The notes under the pieces were generated by a model that saw only the letters and a program-made list of their open reading frames with translations, was not told the DNA's origin and searched no databases. The position numbers and the translations under genes were made by a program. From NCBI GenBank assembly GCA_965202585.1, contig OZ241828.1, positions 32,860,001 to 32,924,000 on the forward strand: a stretch of DNA of 64,000 bases. Direction: 5' to 3'. Positions 12,378 through 26,793 of the stretch are shown here, piece after piece; within the stretch, counting starts at the first letter, position 1; the number at the start of each line of letters is the position of its first letter. Source of the DNA: Thalia democratica. Its lineage: Eukaryota.

Positions 12378-12804
12378 CAGGGTTGTCTAAAAACTTTATC
12401 AAATTTTCTCTAGATTTTCAAAATTTTTTCCAGGTTTTTAAAGTACACTTTTTTGAGTCTATTTTAAGTAAAAATCTTATTTTGAGATAATAAACTGAGT
12501 CAATTAGTATTAAAACATTGAAAAGATATTGTAATGCTATTTTAAATATTTGTTTTTAATAAAGTTTTTGTGATGATGACAAAAAGCTATTATATACATA
12601 AAAATTTTTTTGTATCAAATCAAAAATTTATTACTTGAAATGTTAAAACTATTAAAATTTTAGGCTTTTCATTGATTTTTAGACAAATTTTCAGACTTTT
12701 CAGGTTTTTTTTCGAAATTTCTGAAAATAAAGGTTTTTCCAGGTTTGTTTGCCTAAATTTTAAGTTCCAGGTTTTTAAGGCTCTCAGATTTTTTGGCAAG
12801 CCTG
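12378..12804 (-). mobile_element. MITE, inverted copy of the 61491-61922 family
   Basis: Ends CAGGGTTGTC / TGGCAAGCCTG with ccaggttttt subterminal repeats. Internal 'tgatgatgacaaaaa' is the reverse complement of 'tttttgtcatcatca' in the 61.7-kb copy. Flanks TTAGAT/TTAAAA match at 4/6. Confidence 0.75.
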
Positions 12805-14363
12805 TTAAAATTTTAAACATACATATCTTTCCATCTTTGTAAAGTATGCTTTTATGTAAATATATTTAACAGACTTAAAAGACTACGCTTAAAAAACTAG
12901 CTTATAGTATAAAAAAATTCAACTTCACAGCTTAATGTTTTTTGATAGTCAGTTTTCTAAATTTTCTTGACTTCTTGTAGATTTTTATAAGAAATTTTTT
13001 TTAAGTTTTAATTTGGAAATAAATTTAAGTTTAAAATCTGTTTGAAAAAGCAAAATAAATAACAATAATCTTTTTGTCTCTAATTAAAAAATACTTGAAC
13101 TTTATAACTGTAAAGTTTATTTACAAATAAAAATTGCATTAGAAATTAGGTGATATAAGCCTAAAAAGTCAGTTCAATACAACAGCAAAAACTAAATGTT
13201 TAAATTATTGTTTTCCTAGTAAAACCTGCATTCGGAAAATATTTTTTGTTTTGTTAAATAGATTTTTAGTAAATAATTTGAAAAAAAATAAGTTTTAATT
13301 AATCAATATTTTCTGTGTTTAGGAGCATACTTTAAGATACACAAATGAACATAAAACTGTCAACTAAAAAATACTTTGCTAAAGAAAGTTTTTTTTTAAT
13401 TAAATGTATATAGAATATTTAAATAAGGTTTTCTAATTCTAATTATTGCATAGACTTCACTATTTAATCTTAAAATGCTAGCTAAATAAAAAGTCTAAGT
13501 AACATCAAACTAGCTTAAGAGAAGTTTAATTTAAAAACAATAAAATATGGATAGATAAATTGTAAATCTTATACAAAAAATATCATACCTTAGGTTTTTA
13601 AATACCTCAGAATAGTTCTCCTGGATAAGTGTAATTCAGTCTCAACTTTTAAAAAACATTTTTAGTAGCCAAGTGGCAAAGATATTGTTGCTACCTAGTT
13701 TGAACTTATAACTAAAAGTACTTAAAAAACTCCTAAAAATTTGTGCTATAATACTAAAAAAAATAATAAGTTTGACTAAAATTTTTATATTATTTAAAAT
13801 GCATGTTTAATGCATTTCAAAATATTTAGTTTAAGTGAAGCGATATATATATTTAAAACAATGAATTTAAATAAACATAAGAATTTGTTTTTTTTTTAAT
13901 GAAAAACAACCCTAAAACTCTGTAGAGCTAACAATAGAAATCATTAATAGGAAAAAAAACTATATTTACTATGAAAAAGTTCAGTGCAACAAATTTTCAA
14001 ACTTTTCAAAAAAGACACTTTTCACTGTTCTTTTTTAAATAAAAACAATTATATTTTTTGAAGATCCCTCCCTTTGCTAGTAAGTGAAAAAACAGCTCTT
14101 AATACAGTCAATTCCATGTCTTATTTTAGTTTTAGTCAGTCAACCAAAGTTTTTATAGATAAACTATAAAAATATGAATTGAGTTAAAGTTCTTAAAGAT
14201 GGATATAGTTTGAAGAAATAAACAAGAAAAAATAAAGTTTCAAATATTTTAACTTAATTTTACAAGATAGTTTGTTTTCTTTACATCTTGTTGGTAATAA
14301 TAAAAACTGCTTTTTTTGAGATAAACAGCCACAATGTGTTGGAACTGACTATTTTATGAGATA

Positions 14364-15136
14364 CAGTAACCTCTCGGATCTTTACGCACTCGTGACGTTA
14401 CGCACTCTCGTTTAGTTACGCATTTCAGATTTCTATAAAATTCAGAAAATAAAAATTTTAATTTTTTTTTAATATTGCAAAAACTAGGTTTAATGTATAT
14501 TTTAAATTTAAAATATGTTTTTGAATGCTAACACACCTCTTTATATCTTTAGCCTTTGTAAATTTATGTTCCTTGACTAATTGATAAACATTTAGTTATA
14601 CCTCAGTATATCAGAAATTTTGTAAAGAATAAGAGATTAAATCAAAATTCTGAAATAAACATGACTGTTTTTAATAATGAAAGTATAATGAAATAATGAG
14701 AGTTTAAAACACAAAGAAATAATACAGCAGTCTTACATTACATATTAATAAACACTATTTTATAATTGTAAAGAAATGCTTGATTATAAATTTAATTTGC
14801 TAAATAGAATAGAATATAAATGTCACATATAAATAAAGATAATTTCTACTTATTAACAAAATAGTAAAATTCTTTCTACTCTTATTAATATTTTATAGAA
14901 ATTCAAATCCTTTTTTTTAATATATGTATAGTTTTACCTGTTGTTTTCATATTTATAAATAAAGTAAACAAATTGTTAAAAGTGGGAAAGTGCCCAGTCT
15001 GCTTTTAACTAGAAGCAATATTAAAAACAGCTATTTTAGTGAGTATATTTGGTACCTCTCGTTTCTTTACGATCTCTCATATCTTTACGCACTTTTTCTG
15101 TGGACACAATGTGCGTAAATAAGCGAGAGGTTACTG
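14364..15136. mobile_element. pogo/Tigger-like (Tc1/mariner superfamily) MITE
   Basis: TA|CAGTAACCTCTCG ... CGAGAGGTTACTG|TA with subterminal 'ttacgca' repeats. No ORF. Confidence 0.85.
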
Positions 15137-18100
15137 TATATTGATTTTTTCTATTGTGATCATTTCAGACTATTCCTCAACTTCGGTTTGAATTCAATAT
15201 TCATTATAAATTTAATACCAGGTCCAAAAATCTACTTATATAGTTTAGAAGGTCTATTATTTTATCTGAATAGCTTATGTTTGTTTCTAAAAAACGATTA
15301 TTAACGGTATTTTGCACAAAAAAAGCTCAAGAAAATTTTTAACCAACTTAATAATCTTCTTTAAACAAATATTCAAACAGTCGTTAAACAACTAAATAAA
15401 GAGGTTTGAAATTTATCGCTAATTTAAACATAAAACTAAAACTGTTCTAGAAATAAAAGTATATAGAAGAGTTAAAAAAAACGGAACGATAAATTTTTAA
15501 TTTATTTTATCTTTTAAAACAAATTAAAAGTTTAAAAATTATAACATGCATGGTTTTTATTAGAAATAATTTTATCTTTAAAGTTTACTACGTGTTGAAA
15601 TACAAAGTAAATTTGACCGCGATAAAGCTTTAGATATTGTTAAAAATTTCTAACATTTAAGCGATTTATATATATGACAAAAAACAGACTTAAGCTACAA
15701 ACAATATCATAAAAATGTTTTATTAGTCTTTTTGTAACGAACTATACTGTTTACCAGGAGCGTCACCTGGTGTGGAGCATCGGAACAGATGCTCTATCTA
15801 AAAAACTAAATAAAACTTATTATGGTAATACAAAACTGTTATTTACCTTTTATAAACGTTTTTACAAGCAATTTGTTGTAATTTTAAAGTTTTATTTTAC
15901 TTAGTTAGTTTTTAGAAGTATCAAATTAGAAGTTTTATTTTATTCCTGTATATTTTCCATAATCCTTAACAAAAATAACACGTGTCGCCACTGCTGAATA
16001 CATTCTAGCAAATGTTACTTGTAAGTCAATTGAAAAAAAATATACATATATTAAGAATTGTACAAAATTAAAGTTATAACTACATGAGTGAAGTTTAAGT
16101 TACGAGTATCAACGCATATATAAGCTTTTTTTTATTACTTTTACTATTTTTGTGTATAAAAAGAAAAACAATAATTTAGTAATCATTAGTAGTTTTTGTT
16201 TACTCATTTAACAAAACATTGAAAATTTAAAAACTCTATATTTTTTGTTTCAAACTTAAATTTTATATTATATTTTCAAAATATCAACTTAATTTCTTTT
16301 TTCTACGCTAATTTTTTAACTAATTAAAAATAAAAAAATCACTACTCATTCAATTTAACTAAATCAAACAAAGTATTTTAGTCAGCAGTTTTTATATTAT
16401 CTGTATTAAGTTTTCATACCTCAAAATAACTTCTTTTTTAAGTAGGCCTAATTTATTTAAATTTTGTTTTAAAGTTTATTAAAAAATTAAAGTATTTCAT
16501 TTACTAAGCATTTGTAAAAAAAAAATTGATTGTAAATAAACAATATAAAGTACTATGACTTAACACATTACTATCTATTCGAAATTATTTAGCACTAAAC
16601 TTACAGTTTCCTAAATTAGTAACTTAAAACTATCTGTAAAACTTTTTCAACAAACAAAAGCTTTGAATTTAAATTTACCGTGCACATGTTGAAAATATTT
16701 TAGCCCAATAAAATTGGAGCTTGTTAACTTCTATATTGAGAGTGCTTAAGTTTTAACTAAATTTTTTTTAATAGTATTGACAAACTGATAGTCGCATTTT
16801 TTTAAAATACAATTTAAATATACTAACGATAGTTATAATTTACTATAAAAATAACTAAAAAAAATTTATCAAACTTAATTGGGATTCAAATTCTTTTTTA
16901 AGACTTATTTAACACCAATATATCTAAAACATAACAAAATAAAATGCTTTCATTAGTTGAATATAAAGTTAAAAACCCTTTTACTACTTTTATAGTTTAG
17001 ATATTTTTTTTTGTTCTGAATTAGAATTAGTGTGATAAACTAAACATATTACTAACTTAAAAAACCATTGTTGTATCATGTATGTTAGTTAAGGGACACA
17101 TGAGTTTTGAAACTTACGAACTAAAAAAAGTTTTAAAAAGTACATACAAGATATTAAAGCTTTAGTTTGTAGAACTTATAACATTTTAAACATGTGTTGT
17201 TTTAAGCAAATATAACACTTTCAGACTATTTGTCTTCTTAGTACAGTAGAATAAACATAATGACAAAAAAATATCTATAACGTACTTTAACGGACATATA
17301 ATGAATTATCAAAAAATTCTAGTAATATTTAATATTTAGTTGTTAGTGACGCTGTAATTATACTTTTAAAATTTTTTCCAAGTAAAAAAATTAATCTAAT
17401 AAAAAACATAAGCAAATTTTTGCTAATATTTTAACCATTTATTGATAAACTTACGTAAAATTTTATACATAATATAAAATAATTATCGAGTAAACTTTTA
17501 AAATAGTTAAATACTACCCTGAACTTTTATAAACTATGTCTTCTCGAACTTAATAAGTTAAGCAAACTATTTAAAGTAAATTTTAGTTTGTTCTTGCAGT
17601 AGATATTATTCAAAATAAATTACTTATTCTTTTTCGAAGGTATAAAATATAATTTTAATTCTAAACTTAAAAAAAAAATACTTATTAATTTTAAATTATA
17701 CTTGCAGCTGAAAGGAAACTTTGTTTGTATAATAATTTTTTGCGCTAGAAAATAAAGTACAAAAACATGAGGTAATTTTTTTTAGAACTTTTCTTTATGT
17801 TTTTCAATTAAGTATTAGTTTCAAACTGAAATACAAAAATAAAACGTCGACTTAGAAATGTATGTTAGTATTAAACTGTAATAAAATTTTGTAATTACTC
17901 ATAATTTTTTTTTATGTTTCATCACCTTATAAAAGCAGATTAACGAGTTAGATTGCCTCATAAAATTAATTAAATCGCCTCATAAAAAATCACGATATTG
18001 AACTTAAATACTCATATAGCTTTTAGATATGAGTCAATTTAACATCTACCTAAATGATCTTTTTCCTATAGCTCATGGTTAGTTTTACATTAGTGCTCTC

Positions 18101-21100
18101 TAGTGCTAGTTAAAGGCTTTTACAAAAGAAAAGGCATATAAGCTTAAAAAATAGACAAAAGTTTATGTATATGAAAATAAACATTTTATAATAAAAAATT
18201 ATTGGCTTAATAATGATTATTACTTGTAAGTGTAAAAAAAATTGGTTTTCGAGATACAAACAAATAGAAAACAAATAAATTTTTGTATTTTACTTGTAAC
18301 TTATGTATTTTAACCATTTTAAAAGTGTTGTTTGTTATAGAAGTGACTGATTATAAATCATTATGGTTTTTGAGTGGACTAGAACCAAAAAAAAGTTGAT
18401 GGAAATAAAAAATTGTTTAAAAAAAGTCCGTTACCAAATAAAAAGTCTTTTATTCAACAAAATATTTAAAGAAAATAACGAACCTTATCTCCTGACTTTA
18501 TCGAAAAGTTCGCTTGTTTTTTTACTGATTTAATTTTTAAGCTAATGCAATACTTAAGTAAAGTGTTAAAACTGTTTTTGCTTGTTTTCAAAGTGTTAAG
18601 AGCAGTACAAAATTGCCTCATAATTAAAAATAAAAATATTTAATGCATTTGTATTGTTTACACTTTCAAGTTTCTTTAGATAGTATCTTAAGACTGGTTG
18701 TCTAATAAGTTGTAAAATCTGAAAGTTTATAATTAAAAAAAAGTAGTTTATTATGATAATAATGTTATTTGAAAAGTTAATGGTAGAAATTTTTAGCTTA
18801 CTGTTATATCGTTTTATAAACAATTTATCATAAACAAACGACAAGGTACTAAGATGCATTTTTTAAATTTTGTCAGCCAATGTGACAAAAAAAAAAGAAC
18901 TGTGACGTCATAAATAGTTAAAAAAGGTTGGTAGAACGTTAAAATTTTAGTTGCGAATAATTTGCTTTAAACAAGCGACAAATGAAAATTATTAAAGTTT
19001 AATTACTGAATAAATTTTGTGTGGTTAATATTTATTTCAAGCTTATTCAATAAATTAGTTCGTTTTTTATTTCAAACTTAAAATGTTCTTACTCAAAGCT
19101 AATGTCCAATTTAAGTATTGTTATTAATTTTTTTCTATCTTTTTTATATACCGAGTTTTGTATATTTTTTAAACTAGTCCAAAAAACTTTAACAAAAATG
19201 TTAAAGCATTTAATATTTTTTGTATCTTGTTTATGTTAAAAAATGTTTTTGTTTTTTAGTTTATTTTCGATAACATACTCTTTTATTAATGATTTTTTAA
19301 GTTTAAACTATAGACATAGTTAAATGCTTAATTAACAATTTCTATCCTTCTGTTAAATGTATAGTTTTTATAAAAGTCTTCTTTTTTGGTAAATGAAAAC
19401 TTAATCAAATTAATACATGTCTAATTATTTTGTTTAAACGCTTAATTTGTTCAAGTGATATACAGTTTTATTTTTCATAACCCATTAAACTTAGTAAAAT
19501 AAAAGCCCTAATGTTAAGGTATTAAAAAAGATTTTTTTCTTAGAATTTAAACTTTAAACAATCGGTTTTTCTTAAAAATATATATTACAAAATTGTACTT
19601 ATATTCAGTTTGTTCAATTCTAATCGTTTAAAGTTATTTAAGTAGTTTCCTAAATGGTTCAAAAACTTATGTATACGAAAAGAAAAAACTTAAAATATAA
19701 AGTTTTGTGTGTACCTTTGAAATTAAGTTTTTAAAGTTAAATTTGTTTTAATAACTTAACCATAATTGTTTAGAAGCTTTTTTTAAAACTTCTAAAGAAC
19801 TTTCAATTAACTGTTAATTATTGAAGGCTAATTTATATATAATCTTGTAGAAGTATATTTTTCTGGTATTTGATTGATACTAACAAGTTAAACCAAGCAA
19901 ATTGATTTTTCCTTAACGTTTATGCTTAAAAATATCAATTTATATATTAAATATTCATTAGTAAAGTTATATTCTTTAATTCTTTAAAATATTTTCCAGC
20001 TATAAGTTCTTCGTTTCATTTCTACGTTGTACTGCTTATAATTAAGTTTAATAAACTAAATAAAATAAATTTGTTTAAACAAAACATTGGTTACGTAAGT
20101 TTTAAACCCTAAAAACAAATTATACAAATCTTAAAACAAAATATTTAAATTTTCAACAAAATATACTGAAAATTAATGTTTAATAAATTTTTTTCTAAGT
20201 AAAAATAATAAATTCAAATTATAGCTTTACGCAACAAAGTTGCAATAAATCTTTATAATTTTTTTACAATTAATTTGAAGTTATTACTAGTTAATACGTT
20301 TTTCTAAATCTTATGTGGACTTACGTGACTTTAGTCGCAGTCATTTATGAATATTATAATTTTTTTCTTTTGGCTTTTCTTACCATCTTGTTTATAAAAA
20401 CTAGAAAATAGCTACAAAAAATTGATTTTAGAATCTCTCAGTAGTACTTGCTTATGCATACCTACAATAAGATAATCACGCTTAAGTAAACACAATGGAT
20501 AAAAAGGAGAGAATATTCTCATTTAAAAAGCATTTAAAGTAAAATTCAAAATTGTATCATTGCATTAAATAGTTACTTGATGTTATTATAATGTAAACAT
20601 TTAGACTCAATGGCTTATTTTTGACTTTGTTTTGCGTTTATAAAAAATATTTATAGCTAAGCTTATGTTGTATATTGTTAAGATATAAATAGAATATTTC
20701 TTTACCACTTGAGTTAAAGTAGCCTTTTTATGGTTAAAAATAAAATTTAATCACCTGAAGAGCGTTTGAGTTTCACTTCTGTAAACCTATTTTAAAATTT
20801 CAACACCATTAATCTTATTTAACGTTTAAACAAACGAATATTACGGTCATACTTCAAATTAATCTATATTTTAAAAAGTTTTAAAACAAAACTGATAAAA
20901 ATTTCATCTTTAATTTTTCTTTATTTTTCTTATTACGTTTGTATATCAATAAATTTCAAATAAGTTAATAAACTAGTATATAATAAATTTAATTAATTTA
21001 GCAACTTCATACTAAAATACTTTTTTTATTATACTTTTCGAACAAAGAAATTGCTTTGACATAAGTATATTGTTTATTGAACGATAAAAAAAAATCGATC

Positions 21101-22429
21101 AAAAAGTTTGGTCCAAAGACCTGGTGTACAAAGGAACCTTTTGGTTATCGAGTCGTATATCGAGCTTATAATCGAGTCGTATAGATGATGTATAAGCTTT
21201 CTATCGTTATTAATTTGAATATATATTAGTGTAAACTTTAACATTTATGTTCAAACTGTTAATGTTTATCAAAAATTTTTAATTGCTTAATGTAGTTAAA
21301 AGATCCTACAATTAACAAATAATTATTTATTAAATTTTGAAAAACTAAAAGAATAATTTGAAGTATCTTCATACTTTGAAATTATTTGAATATTTATGTT
21401 AAATATTTTTATGTACTAGCTAGATAAAAAATAAAGCATAAGTATTTTTTTCGACAAATAAAAAGTTTAGGCTACCTTAAAGTTTAGTTTAAAATTCATA
21501 ATTTAAGGCTTAAAAAATATTTTATCTAATAGCTTGTAAAGAACTTTTTAGGATAAAGTTAATTTTTTAACTTGATTCTAAATTACTAGGTTCCATCTAC
21601 AATACAATATGCATGTTAAGAAAACTAGAAATATTTTTTTGTTTTAAGGGTGGATTTTGTGTATAAAAAGTTTGAATACCAGCTTTAGAATTTAATAACG
21701 TTGTTTAGATTAAATGATCAATTTACTAATTGTATGAAATATTATTTAATAAAGATTAAGATGTTTTGCTTACCAATGAAAAACAAACTAAATACGTTTG
21801 TAAAAATTATCAATAAAATGTTTTTTCATTCTGTTGTTTACTACCTAAATAACAAGCAACTTTGTTCATTTTTAATAAAAGACTAAAAATTTTCTAAATT
21901 ATTTATTGAGATTAAAAAGAAAATAATTTTTAAATTTCCTTGTATTTAGAAACAGATATCATAAAAATAACATCATGGCCCAAAACAATTTTGATTTATA
22001 TAAATTTTTAAACAGAAAAATTTCTTCAACTTGTAACTAAATATTTTAGAGCGTTTTAAAATAAAAATTAACTTAAAGCAATTTTTAAAATGTAAATTTT
22101 AAAGAAGACAGTGAAAAAATTTATGAAAAGTTTTATTATTTTTATATTAGACTTGACATAAAAACTTTTCCTAGTATATATACGTCAAATTTTCACAAAC
22201 CTAAACACTTTACACAACCTTTTGTGTCTTATAAACATGCAGCATAAGATTTTAGTGAAAAAATTAATTAGATTTAAATTTAATTAGAAATATAAAGTTT
22301 TAACAAAAATATATGTTCGCCGCTGCTAAAGTATACATTGATTATTTTGTGTATTTTTTTTTGTGTGTACATTCAGAACTGTATAAGAACTGTGTACGTA
22401 TATGGCTTTATGTAGTTACTCGTCTATTA

Positions 22430-25400
22430 AGGTGTTGTCACTAAAAATTGTTTCAACAAAATGCCAAAGAAGAAGTAAAATCTACGGATGATCTGAAGAA
22501 ATGGAAAATGTAAGTTTAAGAATTGATATGCTTTGCGCAGTCTACTGTAGCCGCGTATAAAGATGAAATTAAAGGCCATACCAAAAAAATTGACGACCGT
22601 AAATAAAATTCCGAAGAACATGTCAAGTGTAAGAATTCAACCCTTTTTTGAAGGTCTTGCTCCAAAAATTTGTTAAAAAACCAAATATCTTCAAAAATAC
22701 TTGGAGCTCGATTTAAAGAACAAAAATCAGCAATCAGCTTAAACTGGACAAAGAACGCAGTTTTTTTTGAAAGCAACTAAAAATATCAACAAGATAAAGG
22801 TTGTTGGATAAAATTTGTCTAAACACAGCTTTTGGTTTAAAACATACTATAAAGTAGAAAGGTTAAATGTGGAGGCTAAAAGAAAAGTTGAGCGGTTTTT
22901 AAATAAGATAGATAAGAATAAAAGATATGAAAATCTTAATAAACTTAAAACTAGCATTAAGAATATTTTCATCTTCGGTATGAAATAACGAAGAGATGAC
23001 CAGTAGCAACAATCTCCTTTAATATAAAAGAAATTTTTACATCGAAATAATTAGATATCTAGATGAAAAACCAAAAACTAGCAGAAAAGGAAGCAACGAC
23101 TAAGACTCATAAAAAGAATATAATGTTCAAAACTTTAGTCTTTTTTCAACAAGTAGGCCTTTTTATATGGTGGCGTCGTTGGAAGGGGGTTAAAAAGGAG
23201 GCCGGGCAACGAGCAACACGTTACAGTGATTTTGAAAAGTACCAAGCTGGCAAAGGAAGTGGAAATGATGAGGTTAGCTAAAAAATAATGAAAGAAGTAA
23301 AATTTTCTAAATTTAAAATTTATTGATGAGACTAACTAAATAACTTCTACTATTACTCAAAAATTTTGTCTCAAAAAGCAAGACGAGACTTTAGAGATGG
23401 TACAAAGCAAGAACAAGACATTAAAAAATTAACAAACGCAATTTAAACAAAAAAAGAGATGACAATAAAGTTGAAATCAGCTTGAGTTTAGGTAAAAAAG
23501 ACTGGCTTTTTCAGTTGCACACTATGAAAAAAAAATAAGTGAAATGTTAGAGTTAAAAAATGTTTATATTTATGTATAAAGCATGCCAAAGAACTAAAGT
23601 TTACTACTGGATCAAAATGTGTTTTTTTTGAAGCAAGTATTGAAGATAACTGAAAGTCTTATCAAACTTCAGTTTCAGTATTTGATAAAATTCTATCAAA
23701 ACTTATAGAAAGAAGCAGGTGGATTAAATAAAGATAAAAGTAAGTTTAAAAGTCCGCCCTTTAAGAATAGAATACAAAGTTTTTCACTTTTTCAAGTTGA
23801 AAAAAAAATTAAAAGTCACCAAAATACAAGTCAGGTACTGATCTTACTGAAAAAAAGGAGAAAATCATCATAGTAGCTCTTTTTTATGGAGAGAGTATCA
23901 AGTTGTATACAATATATGTATACAATACAAGAAGTAGAAGTTCTTAAGTCTGAAAAATAGAGCTAAGCAATAACAATTTTTAAAGTGTTTTTATATTAAT
24001 TCAGTTATAAGTTTATAGAAGATACTTTTTTAACGTTTAAGTTTTTCTTGATTTTTTTTTTGTTAATCAATGTAACAAAATATACAGTAAAAAAGCTTTT
24101 AATTTTTTATGTATTATAAGCAATACTCTCACTTCTAAAGACATGTTGAAATAGATTCTGTGTTTTAGCTTTTTAAGATGAGTAAAAAGTTCTTAAAGCC
24201 ATTATTCATCTGTCGTTTCATATAAACTTTTTTTCTAAAAAAAAAAGAAAACGCAACAAATTCGCTTGAAAGTTTGAAATAAACACGATGTTTAAAAAAT
24301 ACTCACAAGTTAAGCTTTTCGATAGTTACGTCACTATGCCATTTGTAAAATTTTAAATGTAGTACAGATTTTCATAATAAATCTACTGTATGAAATCTAT
24401 TTTTTATCTTTACCTATTTTATATTATAAAGTCTTTTTAGATGAAGTCTTAAGTCACAACCTTTTGTAAGTCACGGGCCGCATTCTATAAAAAGAAGTCT
24501 TCAGCTTGAATTTAAAATAACGTTGTGTTCAATAACAAAACGCAACTTTAAAAACGAGTTTGTTAAAATGAGCAATAATACAGCACTATCAATTACTTAC
24601 TATAAAATTTAAAAAAATAATTATATAAAAATTTGAGACAACAATTCATTTTACAGTTTATTTTATTTTTTGTGAACTAAAAAATTTATAATCTACCCTT
24701 TCTAATAGTTCTTGTAGATAACTAAATAGATCAATTAAATAAAAAAATTAATTGAAGGTTCTTAATGCAAAAACTTCATTTTTGAAGTTTTTAAAACTCG
24801 TGTTTTAAGCTGAAGGCTACATAACGGGCTGCAGTTTGCCAACCCTTGTTTTAAGTGTTCAAAATTTTAAAACATGCAGCTGTTGCTGAAACTTTAAAGA
24901 GGAAAAACGAGTGTTATTTATTGGAATGTGGCCAAATGAAAGATGCCATGGGAAATCTTTAAAAGCAAGTATCTAATATTAACAAGGAGAAAAATAAATA
25001 TAAAAATCTAAGAACTTCGGTTGAAATTTTAAAAAGTAATTTAATTTAGAAGCAAATCCAGCAGAAATGTTTGAAAACATTAGAATCTGAAAATAATGGT
25101 TCAAAAAAGGTGGTTAAGAACAATGAAATTAAATAATCAGTTTTGCAAAACATTTTTTGTTTTTAAATGATCAAATGAAATAAAAATGCAATACAATCTA
25201 AACTTTGTAGTGAGTATAATAAAAAGGAACTTTGCAGGCTTGGCAGTCAATATAAACCTATGAGAAAATTACAAGATTGAATGCGGCCAGAATAAAAAGA
25301 TAATAGAAAATATTAAGCAACAAGTATCTGCTCTTAATAAGCTGCAAGAAGACTTTGATAAAAACTTGAACTTATAAGTAACGACTTTAAAAGTAATTTA

Positions 25401-26300
25401 ATGTTAAGAACGCTAACGATCTTACCATCAAACTAGAAAACAGTTAGCTGTTTGATATAAAAGAGAAGGGTACTCAGCAGGTGACGGAAACCGATTATTG
25501 AAAATTCTTATAATACCAAGTTTGCATCACTGTTAAGATAAACAGCATCTTTTTGTTTAACTTCAAAAGATTTAATCTAAAATAGTTATGCTTTATTTTC
25601 ACTACTACCGAATTAAAAAATAAGCAAAGTTTGCATCACTGTTAAGACAGTATTTTAATTCAAATGGGAATTGTTGTTTCTATACTCATAACACAGAGTT
25701 AACTCAAAAATTTTGAAAAATTGAAAGGCAAACACGTTAATAACAAAAAAAAATGAAAACAAAACTTGGTCTTTCCTTGCTGAACTTAAAACAAAAGTGC
25801 AAGAACTGCTGGCAGCAAATTTGGAAGAAGAACTTGCCAGCAGCTGAAGAAGCAGCTAAATGAGGTGTGAGGAGCTGCCCGCGATGAAGTTTAAATGACG
25901 TGAAATTTAAATGGCAGTGTTGAAGAAGGTGTTGAAAGATAACTAAATGCTGTTTTAAGAGCAAGAGAACCTGACAAAGGGAAAAATAAGAAATGAATAA
26001 ACTGTAGTCGGTCAACCAGCAGTTAAATGTAAGAAAATTAAATATAGTTTTGAAGGTAGTTGTTGTGCAAAACTCAAAAGTTTTTGGTAGAAACAAGTAT
26101 CTAGCTGAAACGAAAAAAGAAAAGAAACGTGTGCCGCAGTTGAACACTAGAAATTAAATAAGTTCAAAAACTGAAAGTTACAGATTAGACTAGCTGATAT
26201 CTACCAAAAGGTAAATTTTATAAGAAGATAACTAAAAACGACAGTTTAAATTAGTTTCTAAAGCAATTGAAAGTAAAATACCTGACAAACAAAGGAAAAA
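22430..26300 (+). pseudogene. Decayed coding-like sequence with coiled-coil composition (identity unknown)
   Basis: Plus-strand frames broken by stops and frameshifts read as E/K/L-rich peptides, e.g. QNAKEEVKSTDDLKK (~22460) and LAELKTKVQELLAANLEEELASS (~25780). No domain recognised. Confidence 0.35.
24450..24848. mobile_element. Degenerate hAT/Charlie MITE (paralogous copy at ~27810-28058)
   Basis: Right end GGGCTGCAGTTTGCCAACCCTTG. Eroded left end followed by the 'gggccgca' motif. Confidence 0.65.
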
Positions 26301-26397
26301 ACAAAAACTTTTTTTTTTTTGTAAGCTAACAAAAAGAAATTTGAAGTGTTAAACCGCAATTTTATTCTCAAGTTGTTTATTTTTAAGGATGCTGTAT

Positions 26398-26793
26398 ATG
26401 CATAAAATTGTTTTAACAGAAAGAAAACGCTGAAGAGAAAAACTAAAGTCGGCTTCAGCTACGGTGATTCGGCACATAATGAAAGAGTTGTGGATTGAAG
26501 GATACAGAAGCGTTGCTCCGATTTTACCATATCCTTCGGGTTTAAATAAAACCTCACCATATTATCCAGGTTCGAGTAAGACCTCACCTAATCTTCCAGA
26601 AGTGGAGAAGGCGCTCCAAGTGGAGAAGGCCGCCTAAATCCGGCTGCAAGAAGACCTCAAAAAGACGCAGCAAGACCTGTCTTGCTCCGATTCCACTCTG
26701 ACTGCTGCATTGGCCGACCTTGAGAAGATGGACCTTCATAGCTCCGTTAAAGTGTGCCAACTTGTTAACACACAGAAATATATGTTAGTTTGA
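26398..26793 (+). pseudogene. GC-richer single-frame remnant (~130 codons, two in-frame stops), ending in an orphan TIR
   Basis: MHKIVLTERKR*REKLKSASATVIRHIMKELWIEGYRSVAPILPYPSGLNKTSPYYPGSSKTSPNLPEVEKALQVEKAA*IRLQEDLKKTQQDLSCSDSTLTAALADLEKMDLHSSVKVCQLVNTQKYMLV*. No frameshift. Confidence 0.45.

Noticed and set aside
25518-25647. 21-bp exact direct repeat AAGTTTGCATCACTGTTAAGA, two copies
   Set aside because: Only two copies about 109 bp apart. This is a local duplication, not a CRISPR array or an LTR pair.
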